Source: Mytilus trossulus
Lineage: Eukaryota
Reading direction: 5' to 3'
DNA length: 64,000 bases
Assembly (NCBI RefSeq): GCF_036588685.1
Contig: NC_086377.1
Span: forward strand, 79,422,001 to 79,486,000
Shown: positions 25,576 to 38,800 of the stretch, piece by piece
Layout of the letters: each line of letters begins with the position of its first letter
Position numbering within the stretch: the stretch's first letter is position 1
The notes under the pieces: generated by a model
Seen by the model: the letters and a program-made list of their open reading frames with translations, nothing else
The model's database searches: none
Told to the model about the DNA's origin: nothing
Made by a program: the position numbers and the translations under genes

Positions 25576-27664
25576 ATGTGAAGTTAGCAGCCGGTTCGTT
25601 ATTCGTTATTCAATATTCAATATCTAACCGGCTGCTAGCAGTCGGTTGGATATTCAAAATTAAGTTGAAAAAAATACTTAATAACATTAAAAGCATGATT
25701 TTCATAGATAAAATGACTGATAAGATACGTAGGAAATTGTTTCATGACCTCTTCAAGCTGTCGTAAATTCTCGAATATAAACCCTTTTCTAACTTGCATA
25801 TTTGCAAAGATGTACTTTTATACAGGATATTTCTAAAAAAGGAAAAGAAAAACCGCCTGGTCTTTCAATGTCCTCTACATTTAACTAAATCATAGACTCT
25901 GTACATATAAAGGTTGTATTAGAAGGATTCCCCAGAATACTGTCATATTCAATATCTATGGAGGGCTTATATTGTCACTTTTCAGCTAAAAATTATCAAA
26001 ATTTTAGGAGAAAGGGCACAGGGCAATGGTGAGAGCCCCCTTATCTCCCAATCTTTCTAATATTATTCAGACATTTATTCAATTGGTAGATACAAACGTA
26101 ATTAAAGGGAATTTGGGTATACTTTCTGTCTTTCATGTTTACGGAGCGCCCAAAGTGCCAGTTGGATATTCAAAGTGTATTGGGAAAACCTACCTGAGAC
26201 CTCTAAAATGATGGTGAGACCCCCCTAGTCTTTCAATATCCACATAATTTAACTAAATAATAAACTTGCAGCTTTCCGATTGTGAACTTTTTATTTCTAA
26301 GTAGCAACATTCCAGCAGCACCTGCATACGGGGTATATATCTCCCGATTGAAACGATATTCCCATGCTTGCATTTCCTATCATGATTTTCTTGATAGAAG
26401 ATTACTGCTCACAAGGAACCTATTAATCCAAGAGTTCCAAATGGTGAAGTTGAAATCATCCCTTCGTAAATTTTACGGACTCCATCACGAGTTGGTTGAC
26501 CGTTATGGAATAACCGTTTCACAAATGATATCGGATATGTTCCTTACGTCGTACCTACCATCCCCTTCCCTTTCATGAATTTGACCTACCGAATTAGACT
26601 ATTTACCGGATTTGTAATCACATAAGCAACACGACGGGTGCCGCATGTGGAGCAGGATCTGCTTACCCTTCTGGAGCACCTGAGATCACCCCTAGTTTTT
26701 GGTGGGGTTCGTGTTGTATATTCTTTAGTTTTCTATGTTATGTCATGTGTACTTTTGTTTTTCTGTTTGTCTTTTTCATTTTTAGCCATGGCGTTTTCAG
26801 TTTGTTTTAGATTTACGAGTTTGACTGTCCCTTTTGTATCGTTCGTCCCTCTTTTACGGAGGGCCAACTAGCACTTTGGACCCTCTGTAAACATAGAAGA
26901 CAGGAAGTGTACCCAAATTCATTTAAGTCACGTTTGTATTTTCCTACCAACTAATTGTCTACTTTATATTAGACAGATTGAGAGATAAGAGAAAAAACTT
27001 TTTATATGAACATTTTCGATAACATTTTATTTATTTTTGTTCGTCGTACCATTGAAATCTATGTTTAAAGTGACTTATAGACCCAAAGGGTCGGGTGTTC
27101 TAATTATTGTTTTTATATATCATTGTATTATAAATTTTGTGAAAACACATGTCACTATAATAAATAATTTACTTACTTACTTACTTACTAAAGGTTCGTC
27201 GAATCTTATGGACATTGAAAGAACAGGGGGGGTCTCATCGTCCTTTAAGCGGTCTCACTATATATTTGTTGGGGGGCTTTTCATATATATTTTATTCATA
27301 TTTCTAAATGTTTCTAGAGTGAGCGGTTTTTGTTTTTGTTTTAAGAATTATTAGATATAAATTAAAGTGTTTATGTAGTTTTATTGATAGAAATCTATAT
27401 TACATAAAGACAAATATACAACTTACATAAGCATTGATAAGGGTTTATATTCGAGGATAACGAAAGTTTAAGACAACTTGAAGGGGTCATAAAACGATTT
27501 TCTACGTATCGTTTAACTCCTTTCAACTTTGAAAATCATTCTTTTAATGTTATCATATATTATAATTTTTTTATGATTTTCAACTAAATTTGAATATCGA
27601 ACAGACTGCTAGCAGCCGGTTGTATATTAAATATCGAATAACAAACCGGCCGCTAACATCACAT
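25576..27664. mobile_element. Foldback-type element with long diverged inverted arms
   Basis: 25576-25790 is inverted relative to 27440-27664; 26040-26165 relative to 26862-26990; 26190-26250 relative to 27200-27258. Confidence 0.7.
26269..26855 (+). mobile_element. 5'-truncated Penelope-like element (Naiad-type: RT C-terminus with no downstream GIY-YIG)
   Basis: FPIVNFLFLSSNIPAAPAYGVYISRLKRYSHACISYHDFL...LRKFYGLHHELVDRY, ending soon afterwards, then a 3' UTR. The 3' end is also present in reverse at ~58258-58424. Confidence 0.75.
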
Positions 27665-28423
27665 CCTATAGGATTCTGATTTCACTTAAAAAAACATGAT
27701 TGATATCAAAGTAAGAGATGTGGAATAATTGCCAATGAAACAAGTATCCTTCAAATCTTGAATGAAATGGATGTAAGCAATTGTAAACAAACGCATGGCC
27801 TTCAACAACGAGAAAACCCCATACTATATTATACGGCTATAAAAGACATCGACATGAAACATAAACAAACTGTCTTAATCTATAACAAAACAATTTTTAC
27901 GAAAAGCAATTGTAACAGACATGAACAATCACTGAACTACATGATTCTGACTAAGGACGGGCTCACCAACAATGTGGCGGGTAAATCGTGTTAACAGACG
28001 TCAACAATCTATCTAACCTGGCATAGTCTTGAAATAGTAAAACGTAAAAATAAATTATTGAATGTTCACTTTTTTTTTAAATAATTGTGCATGTAATAAG
28101 TATAATAATGTGGACAATACTATCGAATTTATTAATTTGATCGAGTTGCGTATTAAACATCTCAACAGGGCGCATCAACACGCAGTAATATGTAGTGATA
28201 TATCTGACCAGAAAACATTGAAAAATATAAGAAATTCTGATTAAAAACAATCGACCAACTCTACATTTTTATATAAGTACTACATGTTCACCGTGATAAC
28301 AAGTATGACTTGAATGTTGACTCATCAAAACAGGAAGATATAGATTGTAAATATAAACCATTTTTTCTTGACATCTTCAGATACAAGTAGAAATGTGTCT
28401 GTCTTAATAAAATGTTTTGGCTT

Positions 28424-31220
28424 CTAATAATCATGATCATGTAATAATAGCGAGTTTTGGTATTCAACAGAATTAAATTGAAAAGAGTTCAACAAAATGC
28501 ATCAGACAACAGTAATCTGAAATATCTCATCAGGAAAATAAAAAGATTTTAAATCACAGACGAATACAAGTAATGTTTACCAATGAAACACGACCAGTCT
28601 CCCAAATAAAAAGACCAAACTCGGGAAATATATGTGATGAGTCAGACTGTACATTTCTGTTATTGTTGTTCATTTAGTTCGACCTTGAAAATATGTATAA
28701 ACAAGATAAATACTACGTGGTCAAAGTATAAGTTGAATGCTGAATCATCATAACAGGAAGATGAAGGGTGTGATTATTAACGATTTGAACTTGACATCTT
28801 CCGTATGTTACAAGTGGAAACATAATTTTATCTACATCAGCTTGGTTCGACCTTATTCATTGTATTATTCAATGCTTTCAATTTTGAGTGTAGTATACAT
28901 TGACTTAATAACGGATGAGGGAGGCTGATAATTTGAACACGTTTTTATTTTAATCTTAAGTAATAACACAACACGTTTCGAAATCTTGAAAAAAGCAAGG
29001 GTTGCATACATGTATAATTGTCATTTATAGTAAATCAAGTTTTGGATCTTGTTTATTATGAGTAATAAGTTCTAACTATTGGGGCTAGTTGGAATTTCTT
29101 TCGTCATATTTTATGTGTCCTGCGTGCTTTATTTCTTTACATACAGGTATTAAACTAATTTTTGATGGTCTTTTTCTTAATTAGATTAAATTTCTATACA
29201 TGTGAGAGAGTTGACATATCTTTTTATTTAGCAGCAGCAGCTAAACTATTCTCCATCAGTTCAGTTGGGCTATTTTTCAATGTAGCCAGTTGTCTTCGAT
29301 TCAATTGTATCGTACAGACAAGTAAGTTATTTAACGTGACACAGTATGATGGAGTTAGTACATTACATATTTGGTAATGAACAGTTATTTTGGTGAACAG
29401 TTAGGCAGACATAGCTTTATTAACTCGACATGTGACTAAATAAATGGATTATGACCAATAAACACTCAAAATTTACTGCAAGCATGTTTTTTTTATATAA
29501 CTATTCAGAAGGTAGATATAGGAGGATATGGTATGAGAGCCAATGAGACAACTCTCCATCCAAGTAACAATTTATAAAAAGAATTTTTACTTCAGACTCT
29601 GAAAAAAGTAAAATCACAAAAATACTGAACTCAGAGGAAAATCAATTTGGAAAGTCCATAATCACATGGCAAAATCAAAAAACAAAACGCATCAAAAACG
29701 AATGGACAAGAACTGTCATATTCCTGACTTGGTACAGGCATTTTAAATAAGCATTCAAGTGTTTGAAATAAGCATTCAACGTGTGTATGCTCTGATGAAT
29801 CTAGGAATCATATAATATTTTACAAAATATGCCAATAAGGCTACTTATTAAATCATTGTTAAAAAAAATGGATGTTATGTAGAAAGTAAAGTAACGAAAA
29901 TACCGAACTCCAACGCATATTCACAAATCATAAAGTGATTTATGAAATAGCAAAATCAAAAACTCAAACACAACTTACGAATGGAAAACAACTGTCATAA
30001 TCCTGATTGTTTTTACAGGAATTTTCTACTGTAGTAAATGGTGGATAAAACCTGGTTTATATGTAGCGTAATATGGATGACAATAAGGTTCTACTTGTGA
30101 AAAAAGAAACATTACCAAAGTATATGGGTAATCATTCTTAGGCAATGTTGTTTCTTTACCATATCAACATAATTTGAAAAATGTTCAAAGAAATGTTTAA
30201 GTGACATGTTTTTTTTTTAACATTTAACAACATTTTTAAATTTTGTGCATGCATCTTGAAAACTGAGGAAACATATTCAAACATCATTTTGTTTCATAAT
30301 GGGTTAACACAATTCTTTGAAAAATGTAGAAATGTTGTTACAATATACTCAAATAACATATTGCTGTTATCCAGATTAACTGTTATAGTACCGACAGTGA
30401 ACGTTACAAATTCAAGCTAAGGCTATTACCGACACTTTATAGACATGATGCTAACCGATTTTGGAACAAGTAACCAGCAGTTTGACTTTTCACGAATGTG
30501 ACCTACCGAATTAGACTATTTACCCCTATTTGTGACATTTTTACCTCTGTTATGTTCACACATCGTTGTCAATATAATGGAATTATATGCGAGTGTCATA
30601 CAAGTCAGAGGTTTAGCTAGCTATAAAACCAGGTTCAATCCACCATTTTCTACATAAGAAAATGCCTGTACATGTACCAAGTCAGGAATATGACAGTTGT
30701 TATCCATTCGTTTGATGTGTTTGGCCTTTTGATTTTGCCATTTGATTGGCGACTTTCCTTTTTGAATTTTCCTTGGAGTTCAGTATTTTTTTTAGATTTT
30801 ACATTTTGACAAACTGTTGAGATCTGAAAATATCTCACATTTTTACAACATATAAATGCGTCTGAGGATAATCAATACAAGAGAAATGAGATGTGTGGAG
30901 GATTGCAAACGAAACAACTATCTACTAAAGGTCAAGCTGATTTTTTTTAGGGTGGGTGGGTAAGCAAACACAATTAAAAAGAGGAAGGGGCATAATGATT
31001 TATGTGGTGAAAGTATTACGATATGCATGTCCAATGAGTATTATGATTGATATAGGAGGAATACCAGGTTATTTAGATAACATTTATCAAGTATAAACTT
31101 CAATTTTAATGGGCAATACTATAAGGTCCTGTGTAACCAAGCTTGGAATACTGTAAATTAAGAAATTATTGCGTAAATTTATTATTGGAATTTTGTCATT
31201 TAACACTAAAATTCGATTTT
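28424..31220 (+). repeat. Local segmental duplication, copy A
   Basis: Collinear with 51185-51720 plus 56919-59390 once copy-specific insertions are removed. Confidence 0.9.
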
Positions 31221-32095
31221 AATTTCTACTATATTGAGAACAATACTGTTTTCTTCATATAGATATTTTCAAAATGCGAGTTTAAAGTGCTGCAATTATA
31301 ACTCGGTTGCATTTATCTCAATAATAATAAAAACATCGGAATAAATTCTGAACTTACAGTAACCAAGTCATGCTAAATGATTAGGATTGCTTATTTTCAT
31401 AAATTTTGATAAGTGAACATAAAAATATTAGTATCAATCAATGTAAAATTCGCATTCGACATGCTCGGCATAAACTGTGAGTTTAAATTGAAGCGTGTAG
31501 TTCATTCCGAAATTTTGATTTGAATAACTAATTCATATATTTGTTCTTTTATGATTCGTAGGCAGTACTTTTCTCTAGTTATACTTCATTTGTTCAAGGT
31601 CGGACTAGGCGCATTTATCTCTATCATAAAACTGGGTTTTAGGCAGTTCAAAGTAAAATAATGAACACGCACGTGTACATGGAATATGCCCAATCTTTTT
31701 CCCAATAACCGAATTCACGGTGGGTGAGGTTGTCCTGCGAGAGAACGTTCTGGGCTGGTGATTCGGTCCTGACTGGTGCTGGAGATCATTAAAAATATGT
31801 AAACAAAGACGAAAATGATGATTTTTGACGTTTTCTCGCATAAAAATGGAAAGAAACAGTTCAGATCTTTTAATTTTGTTTCTAATGGGTTCATCGGAAA
31901 GCAATTAAAAATGTGACCCTCTAAACTGTTTCAGGAAGCGTAACACAAAAGTGCTAATTTTTTCAAATTCTAGAACTGAAAAAATAAAACAAAAATGCTC
32001 CTGGAGTACGCTTTCTATACCCAAATCCACACGACAAAATTATTTTGTGAAAAACCTGTGCAATTTATTTAAATGTACTTTCTCAGTTTAGACAT

Positions 32096-32241
32096 GTCCT
32101 GATTCTGTGCTGGTGGGTCCTGTTAATGTACTGATAGATCCTGATACGGTGCTGGTGGGTCCTGTTAATGTGCTGATCGGTCTTGATACGGTGCTGGTGG
32201 GTCCTGTTAATGTGCTGACAGGTCCTGATACGGTGCTGGTG
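32096..32241. repeat. 42-bp (21+21) minisatellite x3.5
   Basis: gtcctgatacggtgctggtgg alternates with gtcctgttaatgtgctgatag. Confidence 0.9.
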
Positions 32242-34595
32242 ACTCCTATTTTTACTTTTTTGCATCCATTTGGATGTTTAATAAGGTTTTCAAATAATCG
32301 TAACTTATATTACATAAAAGGGCAACATATTCCGTCCAATATCAGATGAAAATATATCTAGTAAGAATATTTGTATTCAAAATATTAAATGCACTTAAAT
32401 TGATGATTCTCTACATAATATGAAAACTAAAACAGTTTTAAAAGGTGATTATACGTCGCGTAAGGTGTTTGTGATAATAAAACGTTTTGATTTCCAGGTC
32501 GCTTTTTTGAACAGCGGTATACTACTGTTGCCTTTATTTGTTGCATTTATTAGAAGTTTCGTAATCGATAACTATATAGATGCATGTATGAAAACCCAAA
32601 TCTCTCATGTTGTAAAGAGCTTTTTAAAATTCGAACGAATGCTGCAGACCCAAATCACAATTAACATATCCACCCTTCCTGTGACAAAATTATACAATGA
32701 ATGTTAAACTTGCTATGTATTCCATTATAAATATTATTTGAAGTATGTCCTAAATTGTTCATTTTATTAAATCCGTTGAAATGTCACACTCGCCGATTTT
32801 TTTTACATTTCGGCGTAATTGGTAAGTGTCTAATAAAAAAGAGTAGGCATTTGCAGTCTTTTCTACGATTTGAAATTTTATTTACACGTGAAAAGATGTT
32901 TTTTAAGTGTATGAAAAAAAAATATGTAGAAGTTTCAAGGTAAATTATATTGAAATATAATAAACGCGATCTTTTTGTTTGTGTCTAGTTGTGATTTCAC
33001 TGCGACAAGTTCATAAAACAGAGGTCGATTGAAGAAGCCAAAAATTGGACGTCGATTTGAGAACAACGAAAAAAGACGTCGAATAGAGGAACATAACATT
33101 GGCCGTCGATTTGCAATGTTATCTTATTGTGACGTCAGATTTAGACATCGATTTGATGAACGGACGTCAATTATAGTTCGGACGTCCACCTGAGTCTTAC
33201 ATCTATAAACGATAACACGTTGCCATTTGTAAAACAACCACGTAGGTTATATATTAGACTACACCCAAAATGCAAAAAAAATCCAGTCATGCAATATGTA
33301 AGATAACATTTGACTACTCGGTAAATATATAAGTCAAACTTGGCAAATCTACAAAGATCACAATCGGCCAATCTACACAATAACCACTTTGGTAATAAAT
33401 AAGATGAGCAGTGGCCAATCTGACAAAATGACCACTTGGGTATTGTAATAGATAGCACTGTTTCAATCTCCATAATTACCACTTGGGTAATATAACAGAC
33501 AATACTCTGTCATTTTACAAATTAACCCCTCTGGGAAAAAATCAGATAACCCTCGGCAAATATAAAAAAAATATTACTTAGGTAATACATTAGATAACAT
33601 TTAACCAATCTTCACACAAAAAAAAAAAAAAAAAACACCACTCGAGCAATATATAAGATACATTTTATAAAACTCGACCAATAACTCGGACATAAAGATG
33701 ATGACACTCGGCCAATGTACAAATGACTACTCCAGTAATTTATAAGTATATTTTCATAGATTCTGTCACATTACATTAAGTTCGACCTTGAACACCAGGT
33801 TTTAAATATAAGCAGCATATGCACTGCGTGATAACATTATAATTTGAATGTTGACTCATCATAACAGGAAGACATAGGTTGTAAATATAGATATTTACAC
33901 TTGAAATCATCCGTAGGTTTCAAGTAGACACGCTATATTCTATAAATTAGCTAATGTTAACCTTATATATTGTACGTTTTAATAAATTTTATTATGAGTG
34001 TAGTAAATATTTACTATATTATGGGGTAATATGAAAATAAAAAGTTATCACCAGATGCAACATCTATAAACACAACTTGTTTCGAGAAATTATCAAACAA
34101 GAGGGTTGAATCCATTAATTTCATTTCATCAAAAAAGTTCATCCAACAGCAAGCTATAAAGGGCCTCAAAAATTACTAATGTAAAACCATTCAAACGGCA
34201 AAGCCAACGGTCTAATATATATAAAAACGAGAAACGAGAAACGAAAAACACGTATGAACTACATGAACAGACCAAAACTACTGTACATCAGATTCCTTAC
34301 TTAGGACAGGTGCAAACATTTGCAGCGGGATTAAACGTTTTAATGGTACCAAACCTTCTCCCTTTTCTGAAACAATAACACATACATTGTAATCACAACA
34401 TAGAAAAGACAAACTATAAAATATTAATTGACTTTATTAATCGACGAAATATATCCTTTGCTGTCCTCCCTCTGTAGTTTTAAAAAATCATTGTTCTATT
34501 ACATGTTGTTTGGAGTCATTGAGACAAACAACATAAGTAATCGATGGATTTTATTATATGTTGTCTGTTGACATTGAGACAGAAAACATATTCAA

Positions 34596-35880
34596 TCACA
34601 AATATAGGTGCTTAGGGTGCAATACGGTCTTTCCCTAAAACATAGACAGAATGACCAGCATTCACAATTATAGGTACTTAGGGTGCAATACGGTCTTTCC
34701 CAAAAGCATAGACAGAATGACCAGCATTCACAATTATGGGTACTAAGGGTGCAATACCGTTTTTCCCTAAAACATAGACAGAATGACCAGCATTCACAAT
34801 TATAGGTACTTAGGGTGCAATACCGTCTTTCCCCAAAGCATAGACAGAATGACCAGCATTCACAATTATATTTACTTAGGGTGCATTACCGTATTTCCCT
34901 AAAACATAGACAGAATGACCAGCATTCACAATTATAGGTACTTAGGGTGCAATACCGTCTTTCCCTAAAACATAGACAGAATGACCAGCATTCACAATTA
35001 TAGGTACTTAAGGGTGCAATACGGTATTTCCCCAAAACATAGATAGAATGACCAGCATTCACAATTATAGGAACTTAGGGTGCATTACCGTCTTTCCCCA
35101 AATGATAAACAGTATGACCAACATTCACAATTATAGGTACTTGGGGTGCAATACGGTCTTTCCCTAAAACATAGACAGAATGACCAGCATTCACAATTAT
35201 AGGTACTTAGGGTGCAATACGGTCTTTCCCAAAAGCATAGACAGAATGACCAGCATTCACAATTATGGGTACTAAGGGTGCAATACGGTCTTTCCCCAAA
35301 ACATAGATAGAATGACCAGCTAGCATTCACAATTATATGTACTTAGGGTGCATTACCGTCTTTCCCTAAAACATAGACAGAATGACCAGCATTCACAATT
35401 ATAAGTACTAAGGGTGCAATACCGTCTTTCCCCAAAGCATAGACAGAATGACCAGCATTCACAATTATAGGTACTTAAGGATGCAATACGGTCTTTCCCC
35501 AAAACATAGACAGAATGACCAGCATTCACAATTATAGGTACTTAAGGGTGATATACGGTCTTTCCCCAAAACATAGACAGAATGACCAGCATTCATAATT
35601 ATATGTACTTAGGGTGCGATACCGTCTTTCCATAAAACATAGACAGAATGACCAGCATTCACAATTATAGGTACTTGCGGTGCAATACCGTCTTTCCCTA
35701 AAACATAGACAGAATGACCAGCATTCACAATTATAGGTTCTTAGGGTGCAATACCGTCTTTCCCTAAAGCATAGACAGAATGACCAGCATTCACAATTAT
35801 AGGTACTTAAGGGTGCACAACGGTCTTTCCCCAAAATTTACATAGATAGAATGACCAGCATTCACAATTATAGGTACTTA
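34596..35880. repeat. 66-bp satellite, left part (~19 monomers)
   Basis: ggtacttagggtgcaatacggtctttccctaaaacatagacagaatgaccagcattcacaattata. Confidence 0.97.
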
Positions 35881-38800
35881 CACTACTGGACGAAAAAACA
35901 ACTGTCCATACCAGTAACAGTCGTTGTACGACTGTCTTAGTCTGTATAAGACCAGTAATGACTGTCAAATCTGTCATATTTAGTTGCAACAGTTTATTTA
36001 TGTCTGTTCCAACTTTTCTACGGGTTGTGAAAGTCAAAAAATGCTACCATCAGTCATTTCAGAACTGTTGCAGTGGTTTACGGTGTTGTCACAGTCAAAA
36101 TCTATTTATTACAGTCTTTCTAATAGTTGTGGCAGTTGCATAATGTCCGTCCCAACCTTTTTATTGTTGGGACAGTTAAAATTTGTTTGTGTCAATTTTT
36201 CAGACGTTGATGCAGTCAAAAAATGTTTGTCACAACGTTTTTAGAGTTGGGACAGTCGTTAAATGTTTGTTACAACTTTCTAAAGGTTGGCACAGTCATT
36301 AAATGTTTATAACAACTTATAAAAGGTTGACACAGTCGTTAAATGTTTAAAACAAACACTTCATAGGTTGCTACAGTCGGTAAATGTTTAATACAAATAT
36401 TTTAGTGTAACGGTAGTCGGCCATCAGTGAACAAAAAAATCACGTCTCACCCGGCTCTCAAGATTTGATTTTGTTGTGAAATAGTCCATTATTTATACTA
36501 TTATCGTCTATTGTGCGATTGTAAACTTGTTTTTTTCTGTTTATTCAGTTATTTTGCGATCGTTGTTTGTCTTTTGTCGTTTTCCGTTTATTGCCGTAGC
36601 ATTGTCCGTTCATTTTTGACAGTCATGTGCGTTTGACTTTAAATAATTCTACTGATATCCTTACTTTTTATTTTATAATATCTGTTTAATAACATTTTCG
36701 TTCATAACTGGTTTTAAAAACCAGAAGCTTTTGCATAAAATAGAGTTTAAATAGTATTGCAGAAGAATGAGAAGATGACAATGAATTCATTCAAATTTAT
36801 ACTTGACAAAGTTTTGATAAATTCTGCGCAATAGAAAAATGTACAAGGGTGTACCTGAAATAAATTAAAAGATTATGACTAAGTTATCAATATTGTACAG
36901 CATAATAAAACAGTTTTAATTCGAATTACACCAAGAAGGACATTTCCGATGATTAAAAAAATAATTAGTAAAATTTGTCAAGTTTCATTAAAAACGGAAA
37001 ACAATTCTTCACCGTAAACGGTTCACCCTCTTTATTTTTTTGTCGGCAAAACACCCCGGACCTGAGGTCGGCAAACTAAATTTTTACACAGGTAACTACA
37101 GATGTTAGACCACATGTTCAATAATCTGAGCTGGAAATTACAATCGGTGAGTAGAAATTATCAATATTTTACAGCATTTCTATCCAATAATCATGGATTC
37201 ATAATTTTGAAGGGAAAATGTGCACATTTGTCGGCTTACAGACCAATTACAACTTGTTCTCATTGGCGGATCCAAAAGGGGGGTCGGAGGGTTCGAACCC
37301 TTCCTTTTTTTTTTGGCTGCTCAATTGCATTTGAATGGGTCATATAGTTAGACCCCCACTTTTTTGTCCTGGGTTGGACCCACCTCCCCCCACAGGCACA
37401 TGTCTCGTGCAAAATTGCATATTCCAGGGAAAATATAGGCTTTGGGCTTCAATGTTAAAGTTGTGCATCATAATAAATCGTTGAAAGTATTAAAGGACAC
37501 CGTTCCCTTCCCCCTATTATCATGTGTATATCATTTATACCCTTAATTATTTGAATACAGGAAAGGTTACTCTATATCTTTCCATTTTGTGGGCAAAAAT
37601 TTGGTTGATTATATAGGGAATCACTCAAGCGTGACTGGATCTGTGCCCCTAAGGGCAGTCAGTGTACCTTGTCCTTTCTGAAAAGTTCTGGATGTGCCAC
37701 TGACATATACATCATGTAGTGTACATATTGTATGTTAATGTATTGCTAACTCAGGTCCTAAATTTGCATGAAATACTTGTCACTGGACATTTTATTACCA
37801 ACAACCAACCGATCTTTACATGAATGTATCCACATAAATGTGTTTCTTTTCATGCATATGCTGGATTACTAGTATTTCCCTGGTTTTGCTTTATCAGCTG
37901 ATAGTTTTTGTTGATTAAGTATGCATTGTGATGTCACAATGTTCATAAAAAAACCATGCATAGTACAAAAACATATGATTTGATCTTAAAAGTGTTATGA
38001 AAATTATTAACTATAAAATTAAATAGTGACTTGTTAAGCAAGTGTCCACTTTCATTTAGATTTTAAATAATTCTGAAATCATGGACAACAAAACATTAAT
38101 ATATATTTTTGATAATCTGATAATAGCAGGCATTGAAAGTGAATAGGTATTTTAGAAATGGTTTAAAATAGCATTAATCATCAAAATAAAACAATATCAT
38201 TAAACTAATGTTCCTGAAACAAGGCACAGAGTCATAAACAGTTGCCATTTAAACACTGTTAATTAAACAAAATGTGCTAATTCAATTAGTAATTGTTTTA
38301 TTATGTAGTACATGTACTACATTGTTTAAAAAACAAATATTAAAAGAGCAAAGCTAGCATCATATTTTTTTTCTTTTTAGATTTAACATAGAATATATAT
38401 TAAATCACTTTAAGTTGTTAATACTTTGAACCTAAACTATATATTTTCATGTCAAACTTTTATATAAATTGTGCCCTGTCAGCATTGTTTTTCCAAATTC
38501 ATTTGTGCCATACATGTTATCTAACTTACAAGTAGTAACATTCAATGGTCTTCTTATTTATTCCGCAATTATTAAAGACCTTCTAATCATGAGTCATATT
38601 TTTTGACACGCATTCAATTGTGTTTTGGTTACTTTATTGTGCCTAACTGTTGGGTTGATGCATCATTGATATATCCCACATAGATCTCCTTTGATCATGT
38701 GCATTCACATACGATTGCTGATTTTTTGCATTTTCTTCATAATCATGATAATGATTTTATGTTAAAATTCAATATGTCAGGAAAACATAACAAAACATCT

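Noticed and set aside
34596-35880. CRISPR-like array, or the Cys-rich repeat ORFs (35085-35330, 35532-35834, 49559-49968)
   Set aside because: Contiguous 66-bp monomers with no unique spacers and no cas genes. The ORFs arise because 66 is a multiple of 3 and are broken by 1-bp indels.
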